A stretch of DNA of 64,000 bases from a virus. Position numbers and translations under genes: made by a program. The notes under the pieces were generated by a model, which was given only the letters and a program-made list of their open reading frames with translations, did not search any database and was not told the origin of the DNA. Positions 10,762 through 20,496 of this stretch are shown here, piece after piece. Positions within the stretch are counted from its first letter, which is position 1; the number at the start of each line of letters is the position of its first letter. The DNA lies in IMG/VR virus record IMGVR_UViG_3300036791_000462, positions 1 to 64,000 of that record; one strand, 5' to 3'.

Positions 10762-11313
10762 CTAGCTGCTCAGCGTGTCCAAATACCGGATTGCGGGCTG
10801 GCCGGTGATCGGGTTCGTCTGCCCCTCGATGATCTCGAAGCTCTGCAACGGCTTCTCTGTCTCCCAGCCGAAGCTGAGCGACTTGTCGATCACGTCGGTG
10901 GTGATGTCGAACCCGAGCGGCAGATCCCACAACTGGCAGCCGTTCAACTGCCAGACCTCGGCACCGAGGGCGTCGGGGTCATCCAGCCAGACCTGCATCG
11001 AGAACGACCGCATCGAGCCTGCCTGCGTGCCTCTTGCTGCGCGGCGGGCCGCGAGGCTCTGGCTCATGTACCCGTGGATGTACTTCTCCCAGTGGGTGTC
11101 GATCTTCTGGATGTTGAACGTGCCGTCGCGCGTTTCACGGCCGGGCTTGATGCCCATGCGGGTCGCCCCGACGAGCGGGATCTCGACCTTCGCGATGGTG
11201 ATCGTCGCCGTGACGTTCGTGATCTCCGCCCTCACGAAACCGTCCATGATGGCGTAGCCGTACATCCCTGAGATGCGATACAGGCCCTCGCTCGATCCAA
11301 CTTCAGCAGCCAT
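10762..11313 (-). CDS. Tail tube protein (XkdM-like)
   Basis: Follows the sheath; ISGMYG..GTFNIQKID..LDDPDALGAEVWQLNGC; GGAGG RBS. Confidence 0.85.
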   Translation of the reverse strand: MAAEVGSSEGLYRISGMYGYAIMDGFVRAEITNVTATITIAKVEIPLVGATRMGIKPGRETRDGTFNIQKIDTHWEKYIHGYMSQSLAARRAARGTQAGSMRSFSMQVWLDDPDALGAEVWQLNGCQLWDLPLGFDITTDVIDKSLSFGWETEKPLQSFEIIEGQTNPITGQPAIRYLDTLSS

Positions 11314-11348
11314 TAGAAGTTCACCTCCTTCTTAGCTCACGTTAGGGG

Positions 11349-12821
11349 TTAGGAGATGTAGACGGTGTTGAAGATCTGCTCGACCGAGCGGCCGAACGCG
11401 ATCCCGTATCTCACCGCGATGAACTCGTCTTCGTCGGTCGGCGGTGGGATCGGGTCAACGCCAACGGTGTAGCCGTCCTGGATCACGCCGAGCCCGGCGC
11501 GCTGCTCCATCACCTGGTGGCCGTAGCCGACAACCAGCGCCCTGGTTTGGTCGTTGACCTGAAGCAGGCCGATGGCGGAGCCGGTCGCCCACTCGGTGAT
11601 GTCCAGTTCGATCCCGTGCATCGTCCGCACGAACTTCGGGTTGCGGTAGATGATGTACGGCTTGGTGCTGTCACCGCCCGTGTAGCACGTCAGGCCCTTC
11701 TCCACACGGATCGGATCGGCGTTGGAGTCCATCCCGAACACGACCACCCCGGCGTTGAAGCACAGGGTCACGTCGGTGTCGGACGGCAGCACCCCGGCGG
11801 TGCACCCGGCCATCCTCGCGAACGTGAGGCTCATCGACTCGCCTCGCGCTGCGAGCACCCCGGCGATGCGCGGAGCTAGCTGCGAGGTGGACAGTGTCCC
11901 TAGCTCGTCGTCTACCAGCGTCCCGACACCCAGGTTGACGATGTTCTCCCCGCCACCGTTGCCCGGCAGCCCGGACATCGCGGTTGAGCGCGTCACCGCA
12001 GTCGTTGCCGAGTCGGTCGGCCCTCCGCCGACCACGACCATGAACCGTTTGCCGGTGCTGTTCAGCATCTGGCTCCACGTCTGGATCGACGTGAGAATCG
12101 ACTGGTCAGTGAGATCAAACGGGGCGAACAGCGAGAAGCGCGAGGCAGACAGCGCGTCGAGTGCGTCCTGCCAGTCGGAGATCAACAGCGTCGCGCCGTC
12201 GTCGCCGCCGGTGAACGGCAGGATCGTGCTCGGGGTTGACGTGTCCAGCGACGTTCCGGTTCCCGCCACGGCGCTGGCCCAGGCCGAGGTCGCGTTGATC
12301 TGCGCAACCATCCCCGGAACGTCACCCGAAGCCCAGGTGTGCACCTCGATGATCGTTCCGGACAGCGTGATCACCACGTCGGTCGTTGTCGGGGCGGTAC
12401 CGACGCGGACACGCGCTCCCAGGTTTTCGGTGGAGTACGTGCCCTCGTACAGCGCCGTCAGCGTGATCGCAGTCGCGGCCGTGGTGGACTTCAGAGCGCA
12501 CGTGCCAGCTTTGGCGCTGGCCCCAATCATCCGGTAGAACAGGATCTCGCCCGCGCCACCTCGGCCTCCGACACCCTCGCCCCGGAAGCACTGCTGCGCC
12601 GCCGCGTAGCCGGGGGTGTCGGTCGAAGGTCCGAAGATTGACTGGAACGCGCCGAGCGACAGGCACGACACGATCTGCTCGGACGGCCCCCAGTCGTGCA
12701 CGATGGGCAGCGCCACAACCGAGCCGATGTTCGGCTGGATCGTGGTGGTCGGCAGCGCCTCCCAGTCGAAGTACGCGCCTGGGCGGACAGGCCGGGCGTC
12801 TTTGGTGAAGGAACCCGGCAT
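11349..12821 (-). CDS. Contractile tail sheath protein (XkdK-like)
   Basis: N-terminal RPGAYF..VALPIVHDWGP; C-terminal IRVEKGLT..KFVRTMH..SVEQIFNTVYI. Confidence 0.93.
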   Translation of the reverse strand: MPGSFTKDARPVRPGAYFDWEALPTTTIQPNIGSVVALPIVHDWGPSEQIVSCLSLGAFQSIFGPSTDTPGYAAAQQCFRGEGVGGRGGAGEILFYRMIGASAKAGTCALKSTTAATAITLTALYEGTYSTENLGARVRVGTAPTTTDVVITLSGTIIEVHTWASGDVPGMVAQINATSAWASAVAGTGTSLDTSTPSTILPFTGGDDGATLLISDWQDALDALSASRFSLFAPFDLTDQSILTSIQTWSQMLNSTGKRFMVVVGGGPTDSATTAVTRSTAMSGLPGNGGGENIVNLGVGTLVDDELGTLSTSQLAPRIAGVLAARGESMSLTFARMAGCTAGVLPSDTDVTLCFNAGVVVFGMDSNADPIRVEKGLTCYTGGDSTKPYIIYRNPKFVRTMHGIELDITEWATGSAIGLLQVNDQTRALVVGYGHQVMEQRAGLGVIQDGYTVGVDPIPPPTDEDEFIAVRYGIAFGRSVEQIFNTVYIS

Positions 12822-12824
12822 CTA

Positions 12825-13142
12825 TCACTCCTCGCTGTCGTCAGGCGGTGGCGTTGCTGGTTGATCGCGCCACCGCTGGATCGTGGCCTTGGCCGTTTCC
12901 ACGCTCATCATCTCGTCCGGGTCGCGGCCGTGCAGCGCCCCGGCGGCTGTCCAGGACGAGTACCCGAGATACGTGCGCGCGCCCTCGATCAACTGGCTGA
13001 CCGGCATCTCCGGAAGTTCCTGCTCGGCTGTGCTCGCTGTTTCCGGCTCGTCGGCCTTGGCTTTGCCCGACCTGCCGCTGCTCCGCGTTGACGCGGTTCC
13101 GCCTTCAGTTTCCACCTCGATGCTCCTCTCTGTGAACCCCAC
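12825..13142 (-). CDS. Small protein, YqzN/YkzM-like
   Basis: VSQLIEGARTYLGYSSWTAAGALHG..MSVETAKATI, upstream of the sheath; the true start may be the later GTG after GAGGAG. Confidence 0.55.
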   Translation of the reverse strand: MGFTERSIEVETEGGTASTRSSGRSGKAKADEPETASTAEQELPEMPVSQLIEGARTYLGYSSWTAAGALHGRDPDEMMSVETAKATIQRWRDQPATPPPDDSEE

Positions 13143-13195
13143 AGGACGGGCTGGGAGCGATACTAAGGCGCTCTACGCGCTTGCCCTCAGATGGA

Positions 13196-13786
13196 TTACG
13201 GCGTGGGCGGTGCCACCAACTCGGGGTGAACTCTGACGCTCTCCAGGGTCGGCCCGGAGGGAATCGTTTCGGCGACTCTGCGCCATGTGAGCCGCACGTC
13301 GCAGATGACGGTCCACAGCGTGTTCACGTCCGGGTCGGGGAACGGCTGGGTGGAGAGATCGTTGACGCGCATGAACGCCTTCGGGTACCAGGTGCCGGTA
13401 TCCCAGTCGTCCGTGCGGTAGTAGTTGTACAGCGGGACGCGCAGCGCCCGGCCGTTCTCAACACCGACACGGAACGCCCGGTACAGCGTGTTCTCGACAC
13501 ACTGGGCGAACAGCAGCGCCTGATCCGGATCACGCCCCTGCTCGGGGTAGGCGCTGATCACGAACGGCTGCACCATGTCCGCCAGCCAGCGCCCGCTGGT
13601 CAGCGGGTAGGTCGTTCCGGCGGCTTGCCACACACGGGCGAACGGTCTGGCGAACGCGCCCTCCTCGCGGGACAGGCGCACCTCCCACTCGTCGCCGAGC
13701 GCAACGGCGACATAGCGCTTGACGCTGCGTAGCGCGTCCTGGTGCGCGCGACCCGAGTCGAGCGGTGGTGGTGGCGCGGTGCTCAC
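13196..13786 (-). CDS. Putative tail terminator/completion protein
   Basis: Position between the gp10-like gene and the sheath. Confidence 0.55.
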   Translation of the reverse strand: MSTAPPPPLDSGRAHQDALRSVKRYVAVALGDEWEVRLSREEGAFARPFARVWQAAGTTYPLTSGRWLADMVQPFVISAYPEQGRDPDQALLFAQCVENTLYRAFRVGVENGRALRVPLYNYYRTDDWDTGTWYPKAFMRVNDLSTQPFPDPDVNTLWTVICDVRLTWRRVAETIPSGPTLESVRVHPELVAPPTP

Positions 13787-14301
13787 TTCAGGGCCACCTG
13801 GGCCTGCACCGCTTGCGCCTCCATCTCGATCTTGAACGTCTGCAGGTCACCGGCCAGGATCTCGTTGACCTCCGCTTCGACCTTCGCGGCCCCGTTCTCG
13901 ATCATGTGCGCACCGGGGCTGCCTGGATGCCACACGTGCCCGGCGTACACACGGTTGCCGCCGACCGGGTCGATCCACGACAGGGCTCGTTTCGGGGCAA
14001 TCGGTTCGATCAGGTACTTGCGGTGCTCCGGTCCCCACAGCCCGGTGCCGTAGTTGACGTACGGCGCGTAATCCACCTCGGTGCGGACGTGGCTTTCGTA
14101 GCGGCTCTCGATGTGCTCGGTCGGCAGGCGGTAGAAGCTGGAGCGCAGGTTGCCGGTCTTGATCGGAGTGTTCTCCGTGATCCGGTGATGCAGCGCGTCG
14201 CCGCCGCTGTCGGCCATCCGGCGGGACGCACGCTCAGCCGGGGTCTGATCGAACAGGTCCGCGAGCTTCGGGCCGATGTAGTGCCACTGCGTTCCGGCTA
14301 T
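13783..14301 (-). CDS. HK97 gp10-like neck/tail-completion protein (start uncertain)
   Basis: TPIKTGNLRSS..VDYAPYVNYGTG..HPGSPGAHMIE motif. Confidence 0.8.
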   Translation of the reverse strand: MAGTQWHYIGPKLADLFDQTPAERASRRMADSGGDALHHRITENTPIKTGNLRSSFYRLPTEHIESRYESHVRTEVDYAPYVNYGTGLWGPEHRKYLIEPIAPKRALSWIDPVGGNRVYAGHVWHPGSPGAHMIENGAAKVEAEVNEILAGDLQTFKIEMEAQAVQAQVALK

Positions 14302-14696
14302 GGCACGGCCCTCACGAACTCGTGCTCGTCCACGCGCGTAACGGTGCCCATCCACCCAAGCATCCGGCGTTTCTTGCGGATCGGCTCAGGGTCGCCGGTA
14401 ACTTCGAAGATCGCCTGGCCGAGTTCCTTGGAGTCAACCTCCAGCCGGTCGGAAGCGATGATGGCGAGCGCGTTCCCGTCCGAGTCTTTCATCGCACACA
14501 TGAACTGCCCGGTGCGCGGCGAGCGCCTGCGCCCTCCCTGCGTGTCGTCGGAGTCCGGCGCAGGCATATACGTGAACCGGCATTTGAACCAAGCCTCGTT
14601 CAGCGTTGCGAACTGGGTGGTGCCCTCCACCCGCACCGGGGTCGGCGTGTCCACCACCCGCCGCGCACGGTCAACGAGGCACCCCTTGAACGCCAC
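14298..14696 (-). CDS. Putative head closure protein
   Basis: Position after the adaptor; predicted beta-rich; DRLEV..FEVTGDPEP. Confidence 0.6.
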   Translation of the reverse strand: MAFKGCLVDRARRVVDTPTPVRVEGTTQFATLNEAWFKCRFTYMPAPDSDDTQGGRRRSPRTGQFMCAMKDSDGNALAIIASDRLEVDSKELGQAIFEVTGDPEPIRKKRRMLGWMGTVTRVDEHEFVRAVP

Positions 14697-14699
14697 GGA

Positions 14700-15308
14700 T
14701 CACGCGCCCCAGGTGTTCGCGTCCGGGAACGGGCGGGTCATCCCGACACCCCAGCTATACGGGTACAGCCCGTCGTAGTTGCCCCAGTCCGCCTCGGTGA
14801 CAGCGAAGCTCGGGATCAGCGACACCGCCGACTGGCCCTGCAGCGTCGCCGTCCAGTACATCCGCATGTCGCTGGTGCAGAGCAGCCAGATGTCACGGTT
14901 CAGCCACGGGTTGGAGTTGATCTCCGGGAGCCCGGTCGTCAGGCCGGTGTAGCGGTCGCGGGGGCTGCGACGCGACTCGGAGTAGTTCCCGGCCGTGAAC
15001 GACTGGACCTGATCGTTGTTGACCGTCTCCGTGTAGTCCTCCTGCTCCTGCATCACCATCTGTTCGATGCGAAGCTGGGTCGCTTCCTGAGCGATGGGCA
15101 CGAGCGGCCCAGGCATCGAGTCATCGAACAGCCGTCCTGTGGTCGCCTCCAGGTACGCGATGGCGCGATCCAGACGGATCTGCAGGTCGGCGTCGGTGAA
15201 CGGATCATCGAGGGAGCCGAAGTCAATCCGGCTCCACGAGTCGATTTGCGCGACAGTCGGCGGCAGCGCCTCCGCAGGCGGGGCGTCCGGGTCGTCAACG
15301 ATGGTCAC
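14700..15308 (-). CDS. Putative head-tail adaptor
   Basis: LQIRLDRAIAYLEATTGRLF..VQSFTAGNYSESR; position downstream of the capsid gene. Confidence 0.65.
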   Translation of the reverse strand: MTIVDDPDAPPAEALPPTVAQIDSWSRIDFGSLDDPFTDADLQIRLDRAIAYLEATTGRLFDDSMPGPLVPIAQEATQLRIEQMVMQEQEDYTETVNNDQVQSFTAGNYSESRRSPRDRYTGLTTGLPEINSNPWLNRDIWLLCTSDMRMYWTATLQGQSAVSLIPSFAVTEADWGNYDGLYPYSWGVGMTRPFPDANTWGA

Positions 15309-15314
15309 GGTGAC

Positions 15315-15758
15315 CTACTTGGACGCGGCTGCTCCAGACGACGCGCCGGTGCGGGAACGCGCGGCAGGCTTCTCCTCGCCGTCGTCGTCGTCCTCGTCGT
15401 CGTCGTCCTTCTTGGCCTGCCCACGGTTCGCGAGCCGCTCGGCCTTTTTCTCCTGGCCCTTCACCGGGTGCGCGGACTTGCGCACCTCGCCGGTTTCGTC
15501 GTCCTCGGTGACGATCACCACGAACGGGCCACGAACGGCGTGACTGACGACCGTCTCGCCCTTCTCAGCGTAGGCCTGCGCCCCGTCCTCGCCCATCTCG
15601 TCGGTGGCTTCCTGGTCGATGGGCCGGTTGCTCGCGGCGCGAAGCTCCTCGGTGAAGCGGGCGGTGTTCTCCGCGATCATGTCCTCCGCATTCGGGGTAA
15701 ACCCTGTGCGAGCTTTGAGTTCCTCACCTGCTGCTTCTGCGTCAGATCCTCTAGGCAC
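15315..15758 (-). CDS. Acidic hypothetical protein
   Basis: 147-aa ORF with a GAGGAGG RBS. Confidence 0.65.
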   Translation of the reverse strand: MPRGSDAEAAGEELKARTGFTPNAEDMIAENTARFTEELRAASNRPIDQEATDEMGEDGAQAYAEKGETVVSHAVRGPFVVIVTEDDETGEVRKSAHPVKGQEKKAERLANRGQAKKDDDDEDDDDGEEKPAARSRTGASSGAAASK

Positions 15759-15918
15759 TATGGCCTCCTCAGTCTCGGGGTTACGTGTCGAAGGCTACCC
15801 TCGCCGGATGTCTCAATCACAAACGAGCCACCGTGCTCTCCAAACAGCCGCGCGACGGCTGCTGGGCCGCGCCAGCCGCTACCCGCTGCGCGAATTACGC
15901 GCCCACCGCCCCAAAGCG

Positions 15919-15941
15919 AAGCGGCGACCGAAGCCGCCGCG
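15919..15941 (-). terminator. Probable intrinsic terminator after the major capsid gene
   Basis: Minus strand GCGGCGGC-TTCG-GTCGCCGC followed by TTCGCTTT. Confidence 0.6.
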
Positions 15942-15974
15942 TCACTCGCTCGGGACGTGAGCTAGTCCGCCTGC

Positions 15975-17033
15975 TCAGGGGACGATTGAGCGGTATGCGC
16001 CGCGCGGGTCGATCACGCCGACGCCGAAGTCCGAGCGGACTTTGAAGTCAACGGAGTCGAGTTCGAACTGGTACGGATCGGTTCCCGCACCGAGCGCCAT
16101 TCTGACCATCGGGTCGCGGAGCATCACCTGCGGTTCCGCCTGGCCGTTCAGGAACCCGATAGCGAACCCTGGCACGTCGTTCGGATCAGCGAACAGGTAC
16201 CAGTCGTTCGAGTCGTGGAACCACGGGTCGCGAATCACGCCGTCGGCCGGGAGGATCCCCGCGAGCGGATTGATCGTCCCCTTGTCCATGTACAGCGTGC
16301 CGGTGCCCTTCGTGCCGCCGGTGTAGGTGACGTTCGTGCCTGTCTGGGTGGAGTTCAGAACGCGCTGGGCGGTCATCTGCATCCGGGCGTTGCGAACCAC
16401 CAGCGCCGACGGGGTGACGACGATCTGGTTGCCGTCGTCGTCCTGCTGTGACTCCATGAACGCGACAGCGTCGGCGAGCGAGTCCTCCGACAGCGGGTCA
16501 ACGACCTGGTTGCCACGGCCGACCGAGTAGAACGGGTTGCCGTCCGGTGCGTTGCCGGGGTTCTCGATCATCGCGATCACGGTCTGCAGGATGAACACAC
16601 CGGCCGCGTACCCCATGTCCGACGGGTTGCGGTTCAGTAGCTCGTTCGAGTCGTCGTTGATGATCGCCTGGCGGGTGATCTGATACACGCCGCCGTACGT
16701 GTCCACCGACAGGGCGGCCGGTGCACGCTCGGTGCGGCGCAGCCCTGGGTAGTGCCCGTGGTCGCCCACGTAGCCGATCCCGAGCAGGCCATTCAGACCA
16801 CGCAGACGCCGCTCGCGGAAGTCGGGCGCGTTCTCCTGCCGGGTGTAGCGCTGGTACTGCGCCTGCGCACGGCTGTAGCCCGTCCACATCGACTGGCGGA
16901 CCGGGCCGTACAGGAAGCTCGGGAAGTCGGCCTTGGAGTCGGCCTCCTCCAGCATCCGTTCGTCGCGCCATTCCTTGTACGCCTCCAGCAGGCGGATCGG
17001 CCTGCCGAACACACCGTATGGGTTGCCGTTCAT
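15975..17033 (-). CDS. Major capsid protein (HK97 fold, Mu gpT-like)
   Basis: 352 aa; DFPSFL..TYGGVYQITRQAIINDD..PSALVV..WYLFADP..FKVRSDFGVGVIDPRGAY; follows protease and cement genes. Confidence 0.92.
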   Translation of the reverse strand: MNGNPYGVFGRPIRLLEAYKEWRDERMLEEADSKADFPSFLYGPVRQSMWTGYSRAQAQYQRYTRQENAPDFRERRLRGLNGLLGIGYVGDHGHYPGLRRTERAPAALSVDTYGGVYQITRQAIINDDSNELLNRNPSDMGYAAGVFILQTVIAMIENPGNAPDGNPFYSVGRGNQVVDPLSEDSLADAVAFMESQQDDDGNQIVVTPSALVVRNARMQMTAQRVLNSTQTGTNVTYTGGTKGTGTLYMDKGTINPLAGILPADGVIRDPWFHDSNDWYLFADPNDVPGFAIGFLNGQAEPQVMLRDPMVRMALGAGTDPYQFELDSVDFKVRSDFGVGVIDPRGAYRSIVP

Positions 17034-17134
17034 CGTTGCTCCTGTGTCGTCAAGGCCAATCCGAGCCCGCTAAGCGCCGTGGCGCTATCAGCCGCTTCCC
17101 AGAGGGGGCCACCTGGGAGGGTCAGAGTCCTAGA

Positions 17135-17521
17135 TCAGAAGCTGTCCTTCGTGTCGAGGTCGATCCGGACGCTGTTGGCGGGGGTGCCGCGCTGCCCGGC
17201 GACCTCCACGATCCGGCCGAACTTCACGTTGCCCGCCGAGGTTGCCGTCAGCGCCCCCGTCGCCGCAACGATGTAGATCGGGTCGCCCTTCACGTTCGCG
17301 GTGATCGGACCGTTCGGCACCTGCACCACGCCCTTCGTGATCAGGAAGAACGGTTCGCTCGCCGCGATCACCGCCGGGGTCTGGAACCCCTGTGTCCACG
17401 GCGGCGTCCTTTGTTTGACCGCGACCCCAACGAAGTTGGCGACTACCGCTGGCGCACCGTGGTTGAGCGCTGTGCCGCCGTTGGTGACGTAGACGCCTGG
17501 GCCTGGGCGGTTATATGGCAT
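17135..17521 (-). CDS. Capsid cement/decoration protein (DUF2190-like)
   Basis: FVGVAV..KGVVQV..KGDPIY..TATSAGNVKFG; between scaffold and capsid genes. Confidence 0.8.
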   Translation of the reverse strand: MPYNRPGPGVYVTNGGTALNHGAPAVVANFVGVAVKQRTPPWTQGFQTPAVIAASEPFFLITKGVVQVPNGPITANVKGDPIYIVAATGALTATSAGNVKFGRIVEVAGQRGTPANSVRIDLDTKDSF

Positions 17522-17551
17522 TGCGTGTGCTCCTTTCCCTTACCCGACGCC

Positions 17552-19036
17552 TCAGTCGTCCCACGCCTTGGCGGGATCGACTCCTGCTTCCTGGAGCACC
17601 GCGCCCCAGAGAGTTCCTTCGCCCTTCGCGGGCTCGTCCTCGCCCTCCCCGCGCTTGGCGGGAGCACCGACGCCCTGGCCGCGTACGGCGGTTGGGTTCG
17701 CGGCTGCGAGTAGCTCGCGCTGGTCGGAGATCGTTGCGGCAACGGACTCGGTCAGCTTCTCGGTCGCCTTTTTGGTCACCTTGCCGTCGTCGTCCACGTC
17801 GTCCACGACATCGAGCGCCGGGGTGGGACCGTTGTCGGCGATCTCGTACAGCGCCTTCGCGCGGCTCGCGAACGCTTCCGGGAGCTTGGACTCCGAGATC
17901 TGCGTGTGCGCCGCGTCGCGCATGTCCCGCAGATCAAGCTGCCGGTCAGCGTCAGCGCGAGCCTCGGCGCGAATCAGTTCGCGCTCGTCGGCGACCGCTG
18001 CCTCGACCAGCGTCTTGACACGCTCGTCCAGCATGCTCTGGAAGTCCTCACTGTGGAGAGCTTCCTGGAGCGCCTCTGGGGTGACACCCATATCTGTCTC
18101 CTCTGTGTTGGCTTCCTCGACTGTCGCTTCCTGGGCGTTCTTGAGAGCTTGCTGCGCCATCGCCTCCGCCTGCTTGTCCGAGAGCTTCGGGTTCTTCTTC
18201 TTGAGCTTGGCGACCATCTCGGCAAGCTCGTCGTCGCCCTGGTCAGCCGCGTCCTCCGCGTCACCGTCGGACTGCTCGGCGAGGAGGTGCGGGCGGACTT
18301 CCTCAACGTAAGCGACGAACTCCTCGTCCGTCATTGACTCCAGCAAACTCATCCCGTCCTCCTTGTAGGCGGCCTCCATCAGTTGGACGACGCGGCCACC
18401 AGCACCGGCTTCCGTCACCCAGTCAACGCTTCCGTGGTCCTCGATCCCTTCGACCAGCCACGCGCGGCGACCGCCGTGCATCGTGGGTTGCACACCCGTG
18501 GCGTTCGCGGAGATCGACGCTTCGACCAGTTCGGGATCGTTTTCGGCAAGCTCGCGGATGAACGGTGTCGGCAGCGACCAGCCAACGACCGCGCCCTGCC
18601 CGAACCCCTTGGACTCGTCGGCGGGCACGTTGCCGTCCCAGTAGCTCTCCACGATCCTGCCACCCAGGTCGCGGATCGAGCGGGGCAGCCCCTTCGCGGC
18701 CTTGCGCGCCTCCGGGCTCAGATGGTCGATGTACTGCCGCCACCCGGAGAACTTGTGCGCGTTCTCCTGCAGCATGTTCGCTTCGTAGATGTGACGGCCC
18801 CGGCCTTTGCCGAGGCACGGGCGCAGGATGTGCAGCGGCACGAGCTTGGAGCGCTCGTCCGCCTCGGTGGCGGTCGCCTCCTGCAGGTCCAGGCCGCGCT
18901 CGACAAGTCGATGGATGCGCTGTTCCTGAAGCTCGGCGGGGAACTCGACCGCGTCGCGCGATAGCGCGTACATCGACTCTCGCAGCACGGTCGCATCGAC
19001 GGGAATCTCTGTGTTTTCAGCCTCAAGCACACTCAT
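17552..19036 (-). CDS. Prohead maturation protease fused to scaffold
   Basis: YIDH..RSIRDLGG..ASISA..SVDWVTEAGAGG protease core, followed by an acidic coiled-coil tail with many LxE motifs. Confidence 0.85.
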   Translation of the reverse strand: MSVLEAENTEIPVDATVLRESMYALSRDAVEFPAELQEQRIHRLVERGLDLQEATATEADERSKLVPLHILRPCLGKGRGRHIYEANMLQENAHKFSGWRQYIDHLSPEARKAAKGLPRSIRDLGGRIVESYWDGNVPADESKGFGQGAVVGWSLPTPFIRELAENDPELVEASISANATGVQPTMHGGRRAWLVEGIEDHGSVDWVTEAGAGGRVVQLMEAAYKEDGMSLLESMTDEEFVAYVEEVRPHLLAEQSDGDAEDAADQGDDELAEMVAKLKKKNPKLSDKQAEAMAQQALKNAQEATVEEANTEETDMGVTPEALQEALHSEDFQSMLDERVKTLVEAAVADERELIRAEARADADRQLDLRDMRDAAHTQISESKLPEAFASRAKALYEIADNGPTPALDVVDDVDDDGKVTKKATEKLTESVAATISDQRELLAAANPTAVRGQGVGAPAKRGEGEDEPAKGEGTLWGAVLQEAGVDPAKAWDD

Positions 19037-19087
19037 TGCGCCGATACTAAGCCCGGCTCAATGGCTTTCCACATACGGATTCGTGAG

Positions 19088-19288
19088 CTAAAGCGGGTAC
19101 AGCCAGTAGATGGCGATCACGATCCGCTCACGCCAGGCGTACGGCAGCCGCGACTCCTGCAGCACCCTGAGAGCGATCCCACGGTGGTGGCGGTGGAGCA
19201 GTCGTTCGCCATACCAGCCGCCGCCGAAGATGAGCGCGTTCCAGAAGGCGACGGCGAGCAGAATGTCGAACGGGATCGTGGTGACCAC
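19088..19288 (-). CDS. Small membrane protein
   Basis: Hydrophobic N-terminus; TAGAGT -10-like box 8 nt upstream. Confidence 0.5.
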   Translation of the reverse strand: MVTTIPFDILLAVAFWNALIFGGGWYGERLLHRHHRGIALRVLQESRLPYAWRERIVIAIYWLYPL

Positions 19289-19339
19289 CGACGGCGACTC
19301 TACGCGAGCAATCCGCGAATCGCGGGTAGTCCTACGCGC

Positions 19340-19498
19340 ATGGTAATTCTCGGATTGGCTCTGCTGATCGTTGGGCTGCTTGTGCCAAAGCTCGCGGTCC
19401 TGTTCACCATCGGGATCATCGTCCTGGTCGTGGGACTGATCCTGTTGGCGATGGGAGCGTCTGGTCGCCCGGTCGGCGGCAGAGCGTATTGGTACTAG
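19340..19498 (+). CDS. Small two-TM membrane protein (DUF6131-like)
   Basis: MVILGLALLIVGLLVPKLAVLFTIGIIVLVVGLILLAMGASGRPVGGRAYWY resembles an actinobacterial family. Confidence 0.7.
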   Translation: MVILGLALLIVGLLVPKLAVLFTIGIIVLVVGLILLAMGASGRPVGGRAYWY

Positions 19499-19538
19499 GG
19501 GGGGGCGGGGGGGCCATCGTTCCGCCCGGCCATCACCA

Positions 19539-19916
19539 TCAGGTCATCCACGTCTTGAGGATCGTCCCGACCCCGATATGGATGCTCTGACCGACGAACG
19601 CCTCGACGCGGTAGCCCCACTTGTAGTGCAGGACGTGATGGTTCCCCGCCGGGCGACCGGCGGTTGAGGCAACGTAATCGGTGCCGTAGCAGGAGTAGTC
19701 GTTCTCGCGCTTCCAGACGCACAGCATCGTGAAGTTCGACGCCTGATCACCGTAACCAGCCCTGTCCAAGCTCTGGGTGACCGCGCGCTCAAAGTCGCCC
19801 TTCACCCTCTGGGTAACGGCCGCTGCACTGGGACTAGCCTGGGCACCGGGTGGTACGAGCGCGAAGGTCGCGGCGATGACAGCCAGCGCTCCGCCAATGG
19901 CGATGATCTTTCTCAT
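19539..19916 (-). CDS. Secreted hypothetical protein
   Basis: Signal peptide MRKIIAIGGALAVIAATFAL..AQA; CGACCGAGGAG upstream. Confidence 0.7.
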   Translation of the reverse strand: MRKIIAIGGALAVIAATFALVPPGAQASPSAAAVTQRVKGDFERAVTQSLDRAGYGDQASNFTMLCVWKRENDYSCYGTDYVASTAGRPAGNHHVLHYKWGYRVEAFVGQSIHIGVGTILKTWMT

Positions 19917-20269
19917 CAGAATGGTTTCTCCTCGGTCGGGTCTGGTGGGAACTGTTCGGCGAACAGGTCTTTGATCCAGCCGGTGTCGGCGCGCACCGGC
20001 TCGTCGTCTTCATCTTCGTCGTCGTCTTCCTTCTCCGGGTCGCCGATGCTCCACTCGCCACACGACGGGCAGGTCGCCATCTCGTAGTAGGCCGGGTCGA
20101 TCCTGGTCGCGCGGTGGTAGCCAGCCTGCCAAAGCTCGCCACAGTTGCCGCACTCGGTGGCGGTTTCCGCCCACTTCTCGTGCTGCGCTTCCACCCAGGC
20201 GTCGTAGACATCGTCGCCGTCGCGAGGGTCGCTGTCGTACGGGTCGTAGTCGAGATCACGTCCGGTCAT
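19916..20269 (-). CDS. Acidic Zn-ribbon hypothetical protein
   Basis: CGNC..CPSC; coupled overlaps with neighbours. Confidence 0.65.
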   Translation of the reverse strand: MTGRDLDYDPYDSDPRDGDDVYDAWVEAQHEKWAETATECGNCGELWQAGYHRATRIDPAYYEMATCPSCGEWSIGDPEKEDDDEDEDDEPVRADTGWIKDLFAEQFPPDPTEEKPF

Positions 20270-20496
20270 CCCGCGCCTCCCCGCTCCGCCTCAAGCTCCG
20301 CGAGCAACCTCGCGTTGCGTTCGGCCTCCTCGCGATACCACTCGTCTTCCTGTGCGCGAGCGTCAGCCATCGCCGCGTAGCCCAACTCGTCAGCGAAGTA
20401 GCGCATGTCGTCCACACCGAGGCTCATTCCCAGCCCGCGTGCCGTGTCGGCGGCGCGGGCCATCTCCTCGCGGACCTCGTCTTCGTAGCGTCCCAT
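20266..20496 (-). CDS. Hypothetical protein
   Basis: MGRYEDEVREEM..; TGATG overlap. Confidence 0.6.
   Translation of the reverse strand: MGRYEDEVREEMARAADTARGLGMSLGVDDMRYFADELGYAAMADARAQEDEWYREEAERNARLLAELEAERGGAG

Noticed and set aside
2490-19036. Tailocin or extracellular contractile injection system
   Set aside because: Capsid, protease, cement and head-tail joining genes are present, so this is a phage.
19498-19513. G-rich tract (G8-C-G7) as a phase-variation or G-quadruplex site
   Set aside because: It is intergenic between convergent genes, so no reading frame or promoter is affected.
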